From: Chiloscyllium plagiosum
Lineage: Eukaryota
Direction of reading: 5' to 3'
Assembly: GCF_004010195.1 (NCBI RefSeq)
Contig: NC_057726.1
Coordinates: 48,171,348 to 48,210,691, forward strand
Length of the DNA stretch: 39,344 nucleotides
Below are positions 12,901 to 25,654 of the stretch, one piece after another. The position numbers and the translations under genes are program-made. The notes below the pieces were generated by a model. The model was not told where the DNA came from and did no database searches. It was given only the letters and a program-made list of their open reading frames with translations. Every line of letters starts with the position of its first letter. The stretch's first letter is position 1.

Positions 12901-15636
12901 ATCACTTAATCCTGGGTAGTTCACAAGGACAAAAGGAAGACCTTCCATTGCATACCTAGGAATTTTAAGTTACAAGGAACTGTTTGGATACTTATCTTAT
13001 ATACCAAAAGATGAATCTAAATTTGGACTTTACAGTCTTTCAAGAGGAACATGAAAGATCAGAATGCCCTTTGCCACATCGCAGCCTATGTGTATATAAA
13101 CATTATAATCTTCTGGCAAGAATATGCTTCAATATACTTCAATGAAGGATGGTTTGATTATTTGAACAGAAGATACAGCAATTTGAACGCAATAATCCAA
13201 CTATCAGAACGGCAATTGCAGAGTATGTACCTTATCATTTAACCTTACTCTGCTAAAGGTTAATGAATACTCCTTGCTTGTCAGATCATTGTGTGTCAGA
13301 CATAGCTATGTAGACACACACATCAGTGAAACGAGTCAACAGCAGGTGCATTCTTTGATTAAGTCTTTGCCAGACAATAACCTAAGATGCTTTAGTAGCA
13401 CCAGTAAGCTATGCAAAATGTGGATTCATGCATTTAATACAGAAACATTTCATAACACTTTACATTTTATTTCAAAATGTAACTGGAAAAGCACAACAAC
13501 CTATCAAGCATAATTAAAATCATTCATGTTTCTTGTTGTAGGCTTGAGCATTGAATTCACTCTTCCCAAAACAAGGACACTTGAAGATGATTTAAATATT
13601 ATAATATCCATAATAACTCCTCTGAACATGTTACAAATGTGCTTTCATTATTTTCCTGTTCATTCATGTGTATTGTCCCGTGTCAACATCCCTTCATTAA
13701 CCTTTCATAAATAATATGCTAGTGCCATCTTTCAGAGTTCTTGACAATATGAGAATGCAATGATGTGTTAATTCTCATTTTGCTTAATATCCTAATACTT
13801 CAACATCTTTTTGGACTGTTGTGAAATCTTGTTTTAGAAAAGGGGGAAACAATCATTAATGGGGGAGCAGTAATAGATTAATGCCATTTTACTCACCCAG
13901 TACCATCAGCAATTGTAACTGGAATAATAATTTTGCAAAGAATGAAGAGGTATGGAAACTGTAATTACATTCCATTATAGAAAAGCAGCTAAATCATGTG
14001 GAAAAAGGCAAGTGAAGCCTTGAGTCTTTTGAAGCTTTTACCTGTGTTTATATAGATTAATGTAGCAGGTAATAGTGCTAACAACTGTAATTTAAAAGTT
14101 TTTCATAATGCTGGGATGTGGGATGAATGACCATTATACCACTCCTGTGAAGACCGGAACACTTTTAGGTTATTGGGTCTGGATTTATATATTCTCATCT
14201 CATCTCCTGAGGTTCAAAGTAGAGAACAGGATAGAATATTGCTTTCTATAACTCCAGATTAGATAGAGGAGTACCTTTGGAAGACTATTGACTCATTCCA
14301 AAAAATAAAGAGGCAATGCAATGTTTTCTAACTACTAAAGAAATAAAAACTTGTGCAGCGTAGCTTGATGTCTTTTCTCTCGGACGTGTATTGGCTGATT
14401 GCTTGAGTGTCAGTACATCTCTTGCCAGTTCAGAAGTATTTGAAGCAAAGTTCCCTGGCAATGAGATCAGGTTGAAATGTTTATGATGGGATCGATGTGT
14501 CCACTTCATTACATTTTGTCAAAGAACTAGCTGAAATGTGTGTAAAGCATTGTTGGAGATTGTGTATTTTGCTGTTGGAATGCCTGGTACGTTGATGTCT
14601 GTACAAGTCCTGCTAATGAATATTGTCAAAGATAATTATCAGGCTGCTCAAAGTGTCTGGCTGCTGATGAAAAGGTAGCATTGTGTTGAAGAACCGATAC
14701 TCATGCGACCCTGAATACTTCTTTTGCCCTCATTCTGACCTTCTTCTATGCAACTCTGATACGAAAGGGTTTCTCTTAGCAATCAGTTCTCAGGTCTGTG
14801 ATGCTAATGATTTAAATTGTGCATCCTACTGGGCCACAATAAAGGGAACAACTGTAACTGGATCGATGTAACGACTAAAATAAAGCAACTTTACTTTAAA
14901 TCACAACTCTGTGCTGAGTAATTGGCTATCCCCTCAACACCTAACATTATTGAATAACATTTTAAATGATGTGTCCCATTCTTTGCTTCCTGGAATAAAG
15001 CAATTGAATTTGTCTGCCACATTTGCATAAAACGAAAGGTTGAGGTTTTCCATAATTCATTCTAACAATTTAACTTTTAATAAAGGCTTAATGAACTAGT
15101 GAGGATGAATATTTAGGTTTTTTGGTATCAATCACCATTATCTATTTGCTGTATATTATTATAAAATCATATATTTTTAAAAAGCTGAGCTTTATTTTGC
15201 ATAATGATGAGATTCACAGTTGAGTAAACTTATTTGATTGAAAATTTTGATACAGTTTCAGATACAAGGGAACCTTTACTGCCTTATGATTTAAGCCATA
15301 TTAACCTGCTACTCCAAGAAATGATTATGCTTTACCAAAGTGTGTGGGAGTGTTTGGATTGTGGATTGGCCTGGACATAACAATGTTTCGAACTGTAGGG
15401 TCATAAAATCATTCCTCTCATAAATGCTCTCAATACAGGTTTCATGTCAGGATTTTTAAAATCAAATCATCAGGCCCTAACTCAGATGGACCTTGATGAG
15501 AAAGTTGGGGAAATTATGTGTGAAGGCCAGAGAGGAGCTTCTCACATCGAGAGCAAACAGCCCTACTTTCCAACCAGGTGAGATGAGATTGAGTGGCAAT
15601 AGGCCTAGTTACATGTATTAGCATCTCGTTATTAGC

Positions 15637-15971
15637 TAAACTCACCTTAATATTCAGTTTCCCGTTCTCCCAAATGCTGGAGAGAAACTAGACAGCGACA
15701 ATTTCCAATAGGAAAGTCTGAGGGTTACCTGGTAACTCCAAGTCACCGGTTGCTCCTCCACATCTCCAGCTCCAAAACACTTCAACATCCCAGAGCACAC
15801 ACTTAAACTCACCTTAATATTCAGTTTCCCGTTCTCCCAAATGCTGGAGAGAAACTAGACAGCGACAATTTCCAATAGGAAAGTCTGAGGGGTTACCTGG
15901 TAACTCCAAGTCACCGGTTGCTCCTCCAGATCTCCAGCTCCAAAACACTTCAACATCCCAGAGCACACACT
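15637..15971. repeat. Head-to-tail tandem duplication, 167/168 bp
   Basis: 15637-15803 versus 15804-15971 differ only by one extra G (ctgaggg/ctgagggg) and one C>G (ctccacatc/ctccagatc). Confidence 0.97.
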
Positions 15972-16582
15972 TTGGGCAGTGACCACCCTAGAAGGACAAA
16001 AAACAAATCAAACTTACAAATGTAGCATACTGTTCCGACTTGTTTAAGATACTTCAAAATAGAATTCCAGTAAGACTAGTTTGTTCATTTTCAAGTATTA
16101 TGTTTATTTTAACCTGTCCTTTTTCTTTTTGGGACATGCACCCTAAGTACATACTTTGGCATCCAACATATGACAGCCTCACCACTCCTTCATGGCACAT
16201 CTCCGGTCATGTATGATGCAATTCAACACATGAACTGCAGCACACCAGCAACTTCCATTGGAGCAGTAGCCTTTTAAGAGTTTAAAAATATATCACATTT
16301 CTAGACAAATGGAAATAATATTATTTCTATTCTTTTGAGTTAAATGTTCCTTTAATTATTGAACATATAAAAGAGAGTTGATAAAAATCAGGTGATATGA
16401 GTGAGCTCAGAGATCACTTTATTATTTATAGCTAACTAAAATAAGGCTTCAAGATCCTTTTCTGTGTAAGAATCAGGTTGGGACTAACTCAATCATGATC
16501 AAGTAAATTTTCTTAATAGTGTACTTAGGCAGAATGCAGAATAAAAATGATTGATAAAGGATGAATCACTATATTTTGGGAC

Positions 16583-16868
16583 TAGATTAGATTCCCTCCA
16601 GTATGGAAACAGGCCCTTTAGCTCAACAAGTCCACACCAACCCTCCAAAGAGTAACCCACCCTAACCCTATATTTACCCTTGTCTAATGCACCTGATACT
16701 ACTGACAATTTAGCATGGCCAATTCACCTGATGAGCACATCTTTGGATTGTGGGAGGAAACCCACACAGACACAGGGAGAATGTGCAAACTCCACACAGA
16801 CAGTTGCCTGAGGCTGGAATCAAACCCTGGTCCCTGGTCCCTAACCACTGAGCCACCATGCTGCCCCC
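16583..16868 (-). mobile_element. HE1-type tRNA-derived V-SINE
   Basis: Minus strand: tRNA-like head ggcagcatggtggctcagtggttag..gggtttgattcca, V-core ctgtgtggagtttgcacattctccctgtgtctgtgtgggtttcctcc, CR1-like tail with aatct repeats. Confidence 0.9.
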
Positions 16869-18339
16869 ATGGACTGATGGCACATGCTGGTCAGAATCAA
16901 AGACAGCGATATCCTTTGGCAGTCTGTGAAAGGTTCTGAAACATGATGAAGTTAGCCCTTTCAGCTCTAAATAATGAAAGGATTGCACGAATTAGAAACA
17001 CAAAAGAGTGCTTTAAAAGATAATCAACATATTTGCAATATTTTCTCAAAAATATGAGTTTAATAAAATAAATAAAATAAAATATGAGTATTCTACCTCC
17101 GCTGTTTGGAACAATGTTACGTACATTTATTTGGTGGTTGTGACATTAACTCCAGTTGCTGTACATAAACAGTTCAAAAATTTATCTGCAGCTGTGATAG
17201 TTGTAACAAACTTCCTTTGATTAAGGTGTTCAAAAATTGCTTCACACTGGTTTTCAAAACCTCTAAGACAAAACAACCAAAACAACTTTGAACATAAAAG
17301 CTTAATGTAATTTGTTTCATAAAATCAATGGCTGCCAATTATTTTGAATCTGATTTGCAACTATGAAAAAACCAAAATAACCAAGGCACTTAGTGAGGAA
17401 TGTTTAAGGCTGAACCTGTTCATTGTGTCATTAGCTGTTCAAATCAATTTACAACTTCACAGGAAAAGATTCAATTGTCTAGCTAACTTCTGGAGTCAGA
17501 AAAGATTGCAAGGAATAATTGGATGATGTTTATAAACATTATCAATAAAAGAAAAGCAGATTCTTAGATTAAATGGCCAAGGTAAAGAAAGGCTGCATAA
17601 GGCATGTATCGATCAATAGGTTTGGGTGCCAATGGAACAAGACGGAGAAATGTTTGCTTCACAGAGAACGTGTTTAGTCAATGCCATAAGATGTCTGCTA
17701 ATGGTAAAGTGCATTGTATGTTTTTAAAGTCATTAAGGTTTCAGTGTTATATCAGAAAATAAGCATTATAAATATGATTCTCCTGAATATTAAGCTTCTA
17801 GATGCCACTTTTTTGTCTAGTTTCACAGAACAATATTGATCCAAATTGGTCCAATAATATGCTGCACATTTACCCACTAAGTGATATTATGAAGATATTT
17901 CAGGAGTATCCAAAAGGTTACAAAAGGCAACTAATGCACACACTGAATGAGACTTTCTGAGGTGGTCACTCTGATTTTCTAACTGCAGTGTGCAAGTTGT
18001 TTGACATTTTATTCCATTCTGCCAAGCAACATGTTTACTGTTCTGTCGCATCATGCAATTATTACTACTTTTCTTTTTGTAGAATAAGATGGTCTTTACC
18101 AGATGCCACTGGAATAGCCTGATAATAATACATAGCAGAAGAAACCCTTAAATTTCAAACTAATAGACAAATTTGGAGATCATTTGCTGGAAGGCTAAAA
18201 GGAGATGAAAGATGCTGAGGCTTCTGAGGACAGCAACATTTCTAATTTAGCAATAATTCTAGCATATATTCACTATGCTTATCACTTTTTGACTTTCACA
18301 AGTGATCCCAACTCCTTCACTTGACATTCAACAACAAAG

Positions 18340-18775
18340 GTGTCAGTTGTGCCCCATTGCGCACCATTCTCGCCTCTGAATTAGATGGTTGCTATTTTCA
18401 GTCCCATTGCACAGACACAGTTCAAAACATAGACTGATATTCAGTGCAGTATTTGTGTTGGCTCTGTTGGGGATCTATCTATATTGAGGTTCCATTTGTC
18501 TCTCAGGTGGATGTAAAAGATTCCATTGAAGGATTTTGATGAAAAGCAGGGCAGCTGTTCCAATATCCTAGACAAACATTATTCCTCAATCAAAATTGCT
18601 AAGATAATTATCTAATCATTATCACATAGTTGCGTGCAAGACTTAGTTGACACAAATTTGATGCCATATCTTCTATATTACTACAGTGCCTAAGTATTTC
18701 CAAAGTACGTCTTTGATGGTGAATCATTTTGGAAAGTCCTCAGGTTGTCACAGGTGCGGTAGAAATTTTAAGGCA
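18340..18775 (+). mobile_element. SacSINE1/DeuSINE-type SINE, near full length, old
   Basis: Deu-domain-like ctctcaggtggatgtaaaagattccat..gaaaagcaggg..attatctaatcattatcacat, with a degenerate tRNA head and L2-like tail. Confidence 0.8.
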
Positions 18776-19877
18776 TTTTATTTTATGATTAATTTTCACA
18801 TTCTGCTTATTTGTTTTATTTTATTTCACTGATATGGTGCAAGGTACTAGCTACCAGTAAGGTCTTCAAGTGGGCTTCACTGTAGAACATGTGAATTACT
18901 GATCACGGATGAGGAAGGGTAGCTGTAGTGATTGATGCAATGCCTGCAGATGAGCAGAAAGCAGTATGATGCTGGAAGCTACAGAGGAGGCAGTAGATGT
19001 GTAGGTAACAAATGTGATCTCTTAGAATGTCTTACTAATGATGTTTTAGCAAAGCAACTTATACCAAGGTAATTGTGGGTGGAGAGCTTCAGAGAACTTG
19101 CAGCAATGCATTGCATTTGTCAACATAGTTCAGTGGCCACCATCTGAACTCAGTGTTCAGAAGGAGTTGACATACACAAAAAAGAATGAGGCATGTAACT
19201 TTGATGTTACTACCATTACCTATCATAATACAAATAAGGAGAAGCAAGCATCCAAAGACAGAACATGACAAGCTATTCCTGACGCACGGTTCCTGCTTCT
19301 ACAATATATGGAAATCTGCATCCAGGAAAACTGCACCTATATTCTCAGGAGATGCCAACACACTGAGATCTTCCATCAGAGACATAAATGGGGACAGTGT
19401 ATAAGAAAAAATACACTACATTGCATCACTGTATGAAACATGCTGTGCTGCATGCAACAGGAGATATTCTACATTACATTACAAACACACTGGTAAATAA
19501 TGAAAAGTTTGAACATATTATTAAAAAATAACCTCAGTATATGACCATACAAAAAAAAATCCCCCAAAGCACTACCAAAGCAACACTAATGGAAATACAT
19601 TTACAATTTTCTACATCCTTACTTCTTTACTTAGAATGGGGTTCACAAAAACAAATTACAAGCATCAATTGCACTATGTCACTATGGGATTAGCTGTTGT
19701 GCTTCAAGATCACATTCTCCCTGGGTCCTGGATTCCTATAAGTATGTTTATGTATCTGTTTTTGATGCAGAATTCAGAAATCTCTGAATATTAACGGATA
19801 AGTTACAATCAGGTTTAATTTAAATATGAAATTATTTTAAAATTTGTTTTTCCATAAACGCGATGGCACACAGGGTA

Positions 19878-20472
19878 GTTCAAAGTTTGTGAGAAGATTT
19901 GTAGCTCGGGTGCTCGTTGCTGTGGTTCTGTTTGCCGAGCTGGAAGTTTTTGTTGCAAACGTTTCGTCCCGTGTCTAGGTGACATCCTCAGTGCTTGGGA
20001 GCCTCCTGTGAAGCGCTTCTGTGGTGTTTCCTCCGGCATTTATAGTGGCCTGTCCCTGCTGCTTCCGATGTCAGTTTCAGCTGTCCAGTGTTTTGTGCAG
20101 TCTTTGCATGGGATTTTGTACACTACATTGGTTTTGCTCATGCTGGGTATCGGGTCCTTCGTTCTGGTGAGTTGTTGTCTGAGGGTGGCTGTTGGTTTGT
20201 GTGCTGTTATAAGTCCTAGTGGTCGCAGTAGTCTGGCTGTCATTTCAGAGATGTTCTTGATGTATGGTAGTGTGGCTAGTCCTTTGGGTTGCGGCATGTC
20301 CTCGTTCTGTTGTCACTCCCTTAGGCATCTGTTGATGAAATTGTGAGGATATCCGTTTTTGGCGAATACCTTGTGTAGGTGTTCCTCTTCCTCTTTTTGC
20401 AGTTCCGGTGTACTGCAGTGTGTTGTGGCCCTTTTGAACAGTGTCTTGATGCAACTTCGTTTGTGTGTATTG
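19878..20472 (-). mobile_element. 5'-truncated Penelope/Poseidon-type PLE with internal deletion in the GIY-YIG domain
   Basis: Minus frame HKRSCIKTLFKRATTHCSTPELQKEEEEHLHKVFAKNGYPHNFINRCLRE*QQNEDMPQPKGLATLPYIKNISE...NVVYKIPCKDCTKH (stop at 20313-20315), then jumps to the 3' terminal repeat. Confidence 0.92.
19955..19994 (-). ncRNA. Minimal hammerhead-ribozyme-like motif in PLE terminal repeat
   Basis: GCA-CUGAGGA-U-GUC(A)CC-UAGACAC-GG-GAC-GAAA-CG-UU-UGC: stem I GCA/UGC, stem II, palindromic AACGUU stem III. Confidence 0.65.
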
Positions 20473-20825
20473 TCTTGGAACAGGAGCCATGGGAAGTGTT
20501 AAGCAGAATCATTAATTACTAATGGCTGAGAATCCAGGTGTGACTAATGATTATTCACCAGTAAAGTGAAGCTTCTGATAATAAAGTTTATCAAGTAACA
20601 GTAAAACATTTGACTGTAACTCAAGAGAAGTTATTCTAACCTTGCATTGAACATACTCATTTAGTCCACCACTTGAATATGCCCTGGGAAAATATTTTAT
20701 CATCCAGGAGCAGAGATCCACAGTGAAGAGCTATCTACAAAAGGGACCTTTTTTTTCCGCTGGGGATCTGGGGTAGAAGGTGCTGTTCACTGCAGTCCTA
20801 AAATATCTGCGTTTCAGTCAGTATA

Positions 20826-20999
20826 CAGAGGAACCTTGACTATCTGGCATTCGATTATACAAATATCAGATTATCCGGCAATATGGCAACTTCCTGATGC
20901 TTGGCTAAACAATGCTATCCAGCATTCGATTATCCGGAATTCGATTAACCGAACGAAATACTCCCCGCCCGGGTCCTTCAGAGAATTGAGGTTCCTCTG
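20826..20999. mobile_element. Tc1/mariner-superfamily (Tigger/pogo-like) MITE, 174 bp
   Basis: TIR CAGAGGAACCT...AGGTTCCTCTG; TA at 20824-20825 and 21000-21001; internal (ttc)gattatccgg subrepeats. Confidence 0.9.
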
Positions 21000-22074
21000 T
21001 ACTGAGTGCCAGACAAGGCCTTGAATTTTTGTGGCTTGGATGAAACTATTTCATTTTACAATGTTTCCTTTCCCTTGCCATTCTTTCTTTAGTTTTGTTT
21101 TGAAAGGGCTGCTCTTCAGTATTTTTGTTGCACTTCAACCTCAAGCTCCTTGATTTACAGACACACTGTGAGGGCAAGGCTGGACGGGTCAGAAGGCCTT
21201 TTTATGGGTCAGCTCTTGAGCCTGCGAAAGTGCCTTTAACAGGTCCAGGCAGCAGGTCATGAAGTGAGTCATTGCACCTGATTGTATGCCCCTCTTTTGT
21301 GGTTACATCCGCATAAAGATATCAATGGAGGCAGAGCGTTTGGTGTCCACCAGTTTAATAGGTCTTTAGAGACTAACAGGCACTGCAGAAAGTGAGCTGC
21401 ATCATCACTCTGGACAATGCTACTTCGAACAAAGTTTTCTTTCTCCTTATATAAGTTTCTGTTAATCATTATTTGAATTTCAGTTACAGTGTCCCATCAG
21501 GGGCTATTAAACCATTCTTATTAAGTTAGTGAAGAACATACTCATTTTAAAATTTGCCACATGTTTTCCTATGTCTTGTGCTTGGTGCAGCATAGAGGAA
21601 GTGAGTGCAGCTATCGAATTTATCAGCAGTTTGTTGCTGCCGCAGCTCCAGGATTTCTGGTAAGAGTGATTTTTTTTCTGCAGCAAGACCAGGAAAAATG
21701 TGCACAATAATCTGAGGCAGTAACTGACCCTCCTGATTTCCCACCTCACTTTTAACTGTCTCCAGCTATTCAGCAGAACATCAAAAATACCTGTGATGGA
21801 TTTTCTGTTGCGGTCTTTTCATGGAATAACGGGTCTGTGAGCACCCCAATAGATTTCTAAAAAAATATTAGTTGGAACAATCATAAAACTCTGTGGTGTT
21901 TCATTGCTTCTTTCCAGGATCAGCAAATAAGCTTTGATACCAACTTGTCAAGTGCTGAAATGAAAGTATCTTGTATTAGTTACCTGAGAGTTTCAATTGG
22001 CAGAAATATCTCCATGCCTAACCCCTCCATCCTAAGTAAAGATATGTAGGACAGATTCCTGATATACAATAGTT

Positions 22075-23518
22075 AAGGCTATGAAATAACACTTTTCTCA
22101 GGGCACTGCTGTAGAAACAACTATTTTCAATATTTCATCAATGACCCTCCCTCCATTATTGTGGCAGAAGTGCCGATGTTCCATGATGTTTTTGTAGCAT
22201 TCACTACCATTCAGAATTCGTCAAATACTGAAGCAGTCTGTGCATACATGCGACAAGGTCCATAGATTTAGTCTTAGGCTGATCATTTGCCAACATAGGA
22301 CCATCTTCAATAAAAGAGAGCTGAAACATTTCCTGATTTCACCAGCATCTATATCTTGTGGGGTCACCATTGAGCAGAAAATTAAATAGACCTGCTGTAT
22401 AAATGCTGTGGCTACAAGAATGGTCAGAGGCTGATAACTTGTAGTGATTGACAAATGTCCTGATTCCCAAAGCCTTGCCATGATAGGCAAAGCGCAAATC
22501 ATTACCACAATAGAATGCTCTTTATTCATTTGGTTACTACAGCTCCAAAAAAACTGCAAAAGAGACATGTTGCTGAAAGATTTCATCTCATACTCATCTG
22601 GACTAAAACAAGAATGCCACAATTCAAACTATCGTAACAATTTTTATTGCTAGCATAAAGGGCACCAATTGGTTGACAAGTCAACTCAGATTGGTCAATG
22701 TTGACATGGAGAAAGCAATTGGGATCGTATTCTCTCTTCAAACACCCAGGTAATTTACAAAGGTGGAAGGTTTAACACATCCCTTTTGTTCACAGAGAAC
22801 AGGCCTCTGGATACCAATGAACATTTCCCTAGCAAGCATAAACAAAATTAGGTTACAAATCCAATGGACGATCTCAAATTGATACTTAGTGTGTCTATTC
22901 ATACAATCAAGTTTGTTCTGCAAGTGCAGCCCAATTACGGAATACATTAAAAGGACATGCTTTGTTTGGTAATTTGTAATTGGAATTATACAGATGGTAT
23001 TCAAGCAGACTATGCTTGTACAACGAAAACAATGGCAATGCTCTGGTCAATCAGCCTTAGTATGTCAACCAGTTAGCATCCTTTTCTCATATTGTGTATG
23101 TTATGATGGCTTGAATTCTTACCTTTGTCCTGATAAGAGCAAAATAGAAAGCAACATTTCCCTCTTTTGACAAGTAATCAAGCTCTGAACAATCATTAAG
23201 ACTTTTTTGACCGCACTGTCAAAAGTACAATCACAACACCTAAAAGGACAAAGGCAATAGGCATATGGAAACATCATCACTTGCAAGATCCCCTCTGAAT
23301 CACATCCCATCCTGGAAATGTATTGCTGTTCCTTAATATCATTGGGTTAAAAACCAAGAACTCACTGCCGAACAACACTGTGGATGCACCTATGGCACAC
23401 AGACCGCAGTGGTTCAAGAAGGCAGCTAATTAGCACCTTCTCAAGATCAATTAGCAATGAACAATAAATGCTGGTTTTCCCAGTGATGCCCACATCTTTT
23501 AATAAGCAAATAAAAAAA
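22075..23518 (+). mobile_element. Decayed CR1/L2-group LINE 3' portion interrupted by a PLE at 22558-23168
   Basis: FINDPPSIIVAEVPMF.D RT motif at ~22135; KAQI...IECS near 22490; resumes ~23170 and ends in the same tail as 1667-2000 plus an A-run. Confidence 0.7.
22558..23168 (-). mobile_element. Old PLE (third family): endonuclease C-terminus, terminal repeat and inverted 5' repeat copy
   Basis: ORF 22738-23004 SVIGLHLQNKLDC...QFEIV...EMFIGIQRPVLCEQK resembles the PLE EN C-terminus; 22558-22715 is an imperfect inverse of 23030-23168; decayed cores cagatgag..gaaa (-) and ctgataag..gaaa (+). Confidence 0.7.
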
Positions 23519-24554
23519 GTTGGATGAATGTTTGATCCGTAACTGGACCAGAAATTACAAGGAGAAATGATAGGCCAAAATGATTAAGGAATCAACATGA
23601 TCGAGGATTACTTAGCTAAGGGTGTAAAGCAGGGAATGGGAATGATCTTTGGAATACATCAGGTCAGATTTGAATAATATATGAGGATTGGTAGATCCAT
23701 AGAAGTTTAGGATTAGGGTACTTAGATCTTTTCTTTAGGAGATTGAATAATTGGGATAAAAGCCATTTAATGATGCAGTTGTAACAAAACAGCAGACAGG
23801 AAAAGACTGGCAATGAAAACAGTAATTGCAGACAGTACAGAGCCATGTCTGAAAAGAGAACATTACATCAATGTTTCAGGTAGAGATTCAGTTTTACTAA
23901 AAAGTCACTTCCAGAAACCGGAGCATCCTCAGATGCTGAGCAACACACACTTTCCAATTTCCAGCCACTGATTTATACCTTTTCCCAGAGATCATGGACA
24001 AATCACTCTTCCCATTGTTTTTTTTTCAACCTCTTATAATAATGTACCTCACCAGTGGTACCAGTGAAGCAGTTATCTTCATCAATCCAAATGCACTGAG
24101 AAAACACTTCCACTAGTTCCTAACCCAGATGTGTTGGATGCAGTGAAAGTTTGAGATTTCTAGAGAATTTTGCATCACGTGAAAAATCGAATTTTGCTCT
24201 GCCATTGTATATGACAAAATAGGAACAGAAATATGTGAACTGAACAACTACAGATTAAAGACACACTTAATCAAATTGTGAAAATCCAACATAATCTTGG
24301 TTCAGATAGTTATCTCAAAATACTGAGCAAATTACAAACAGGAGGAAAATGGAAAGCTTATTAATTTTTGAAAACATCTATGGAAGGCAGAGGATAAATT
24401 TTCTGACAGATTTATAAATGTGTCCAAACTGGAAGATATGCATGACTGATATTTTCAAGTTTCAGGGTTTGTTGGACTACACATTCCAAAATTTCCTGTA
24501 AATATTTTAGGAATTTACAAAATAACCAAAAATATAGATAGAATTAATAGTAGT

Positions 24555-24845
24555 TGTCTTTTCCCTAGGATGGGGATTTCAAAACTTGGGGGCACATTTT
24601 TAAGGTGAGAGGAGAGAGATTTAAAAAGGACATGAGGTAGTATTTTTACACAGGGGGTGGTTCACATGTGGAATGAACTTTCTGAGAAAGTATTGGATAC
24701 AGGTACAATCACAACATTTCAACCATGTTTGGATAGATACATGAATAGGAAGGAGCACGCAGATGGGACTAGTTTAGCTTGGAATTATGTTTGGCATGGA
24801 CTGGTTGGACCGAAGGGTCTATTTCCATGCTGTATGACTCCATGT
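24555..24845 (+). mobile_element. CR1 LINE 3' end
   Basis: tttaaggtgagaggagagagatttaaaaagg..tggaatgaact..ggcatggactggttggaccgaagggtctatttccatgctgtatgactc. Confidence 0.85.
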
Positions 24846-25654
24846 GTATTCTAAGATTATGCATGATTCTCTCTTTATAAATCAAAGCATTTATGATATT
24901 TTAATTTTTTAACAGATGCTACTTAACCACTTCTTTATTTCAACATGATAAATACTGTATCAGTATATAAAAGAAAAGAGACCAGCAACTGTGTAATGAA
25001 ATCAAGTGGGTATCCTATTAAGTCGGGATTGCTTATAATTGACACACGTCTAGTAAATATGAACAGCAATTGTGAACCAGATTCCCAATTATACGGGAAA
25101 AGGGTCATTTTGGGATTGAAACTGGATGTGACAGTATATTCTGCAGGGGGTATTTAATCAGGATGAGTGGGATGTCACCTGCCTGCAAGAGTCATAAGAC
25201 TCCATGTTGCTGCCTTTCAGAAAGGCCAACTGGAATCTAGTCCTAAAGAGGTACCTGGCTTTAAGGACCCTGGAGGGATGCCTAACTCCCACCTGGGGGC
25301 TGCCAACCAATCAGGACCTTGTTTCAGTCCATGGTAAGCAGAACCAGCAGCAGGGATGACAATTTCCGACAATGGAATCGTAAGTGACGAAGGTCACATG
25401 CAAGTGAGCATACTGGGGGCTGAGGACTGAGGGTAGCATAAAGGGATGCATGGAAGTTGGCAGAATGTGCAAGGTGGGGCTGTTAGCAAGCCAGGTGACT
25501 CGATCAGGGTTTGCTGTTCCAGGTTCCAGTATGGCAACCGTGGCAGGTTAAATCCCAACCTTAGTGAGATGAAGCTCTTATGAGCATTAGTTGTCCACTG
25601 AATGTCCTCAGTTGGTGGTGGGACAGGCAGACTGCCTACTAGCTTTCTATCCCC

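Noticed and set aside
18082..19500. Exon after a strong acceptor at 18082, or a piggyBac transposase remnant (Cys-rich stretch near 19350-19480)
   Set aside because: The frame stops after 38 codons with no donor, and the piggyBac resemblance is too weak to support by eye.
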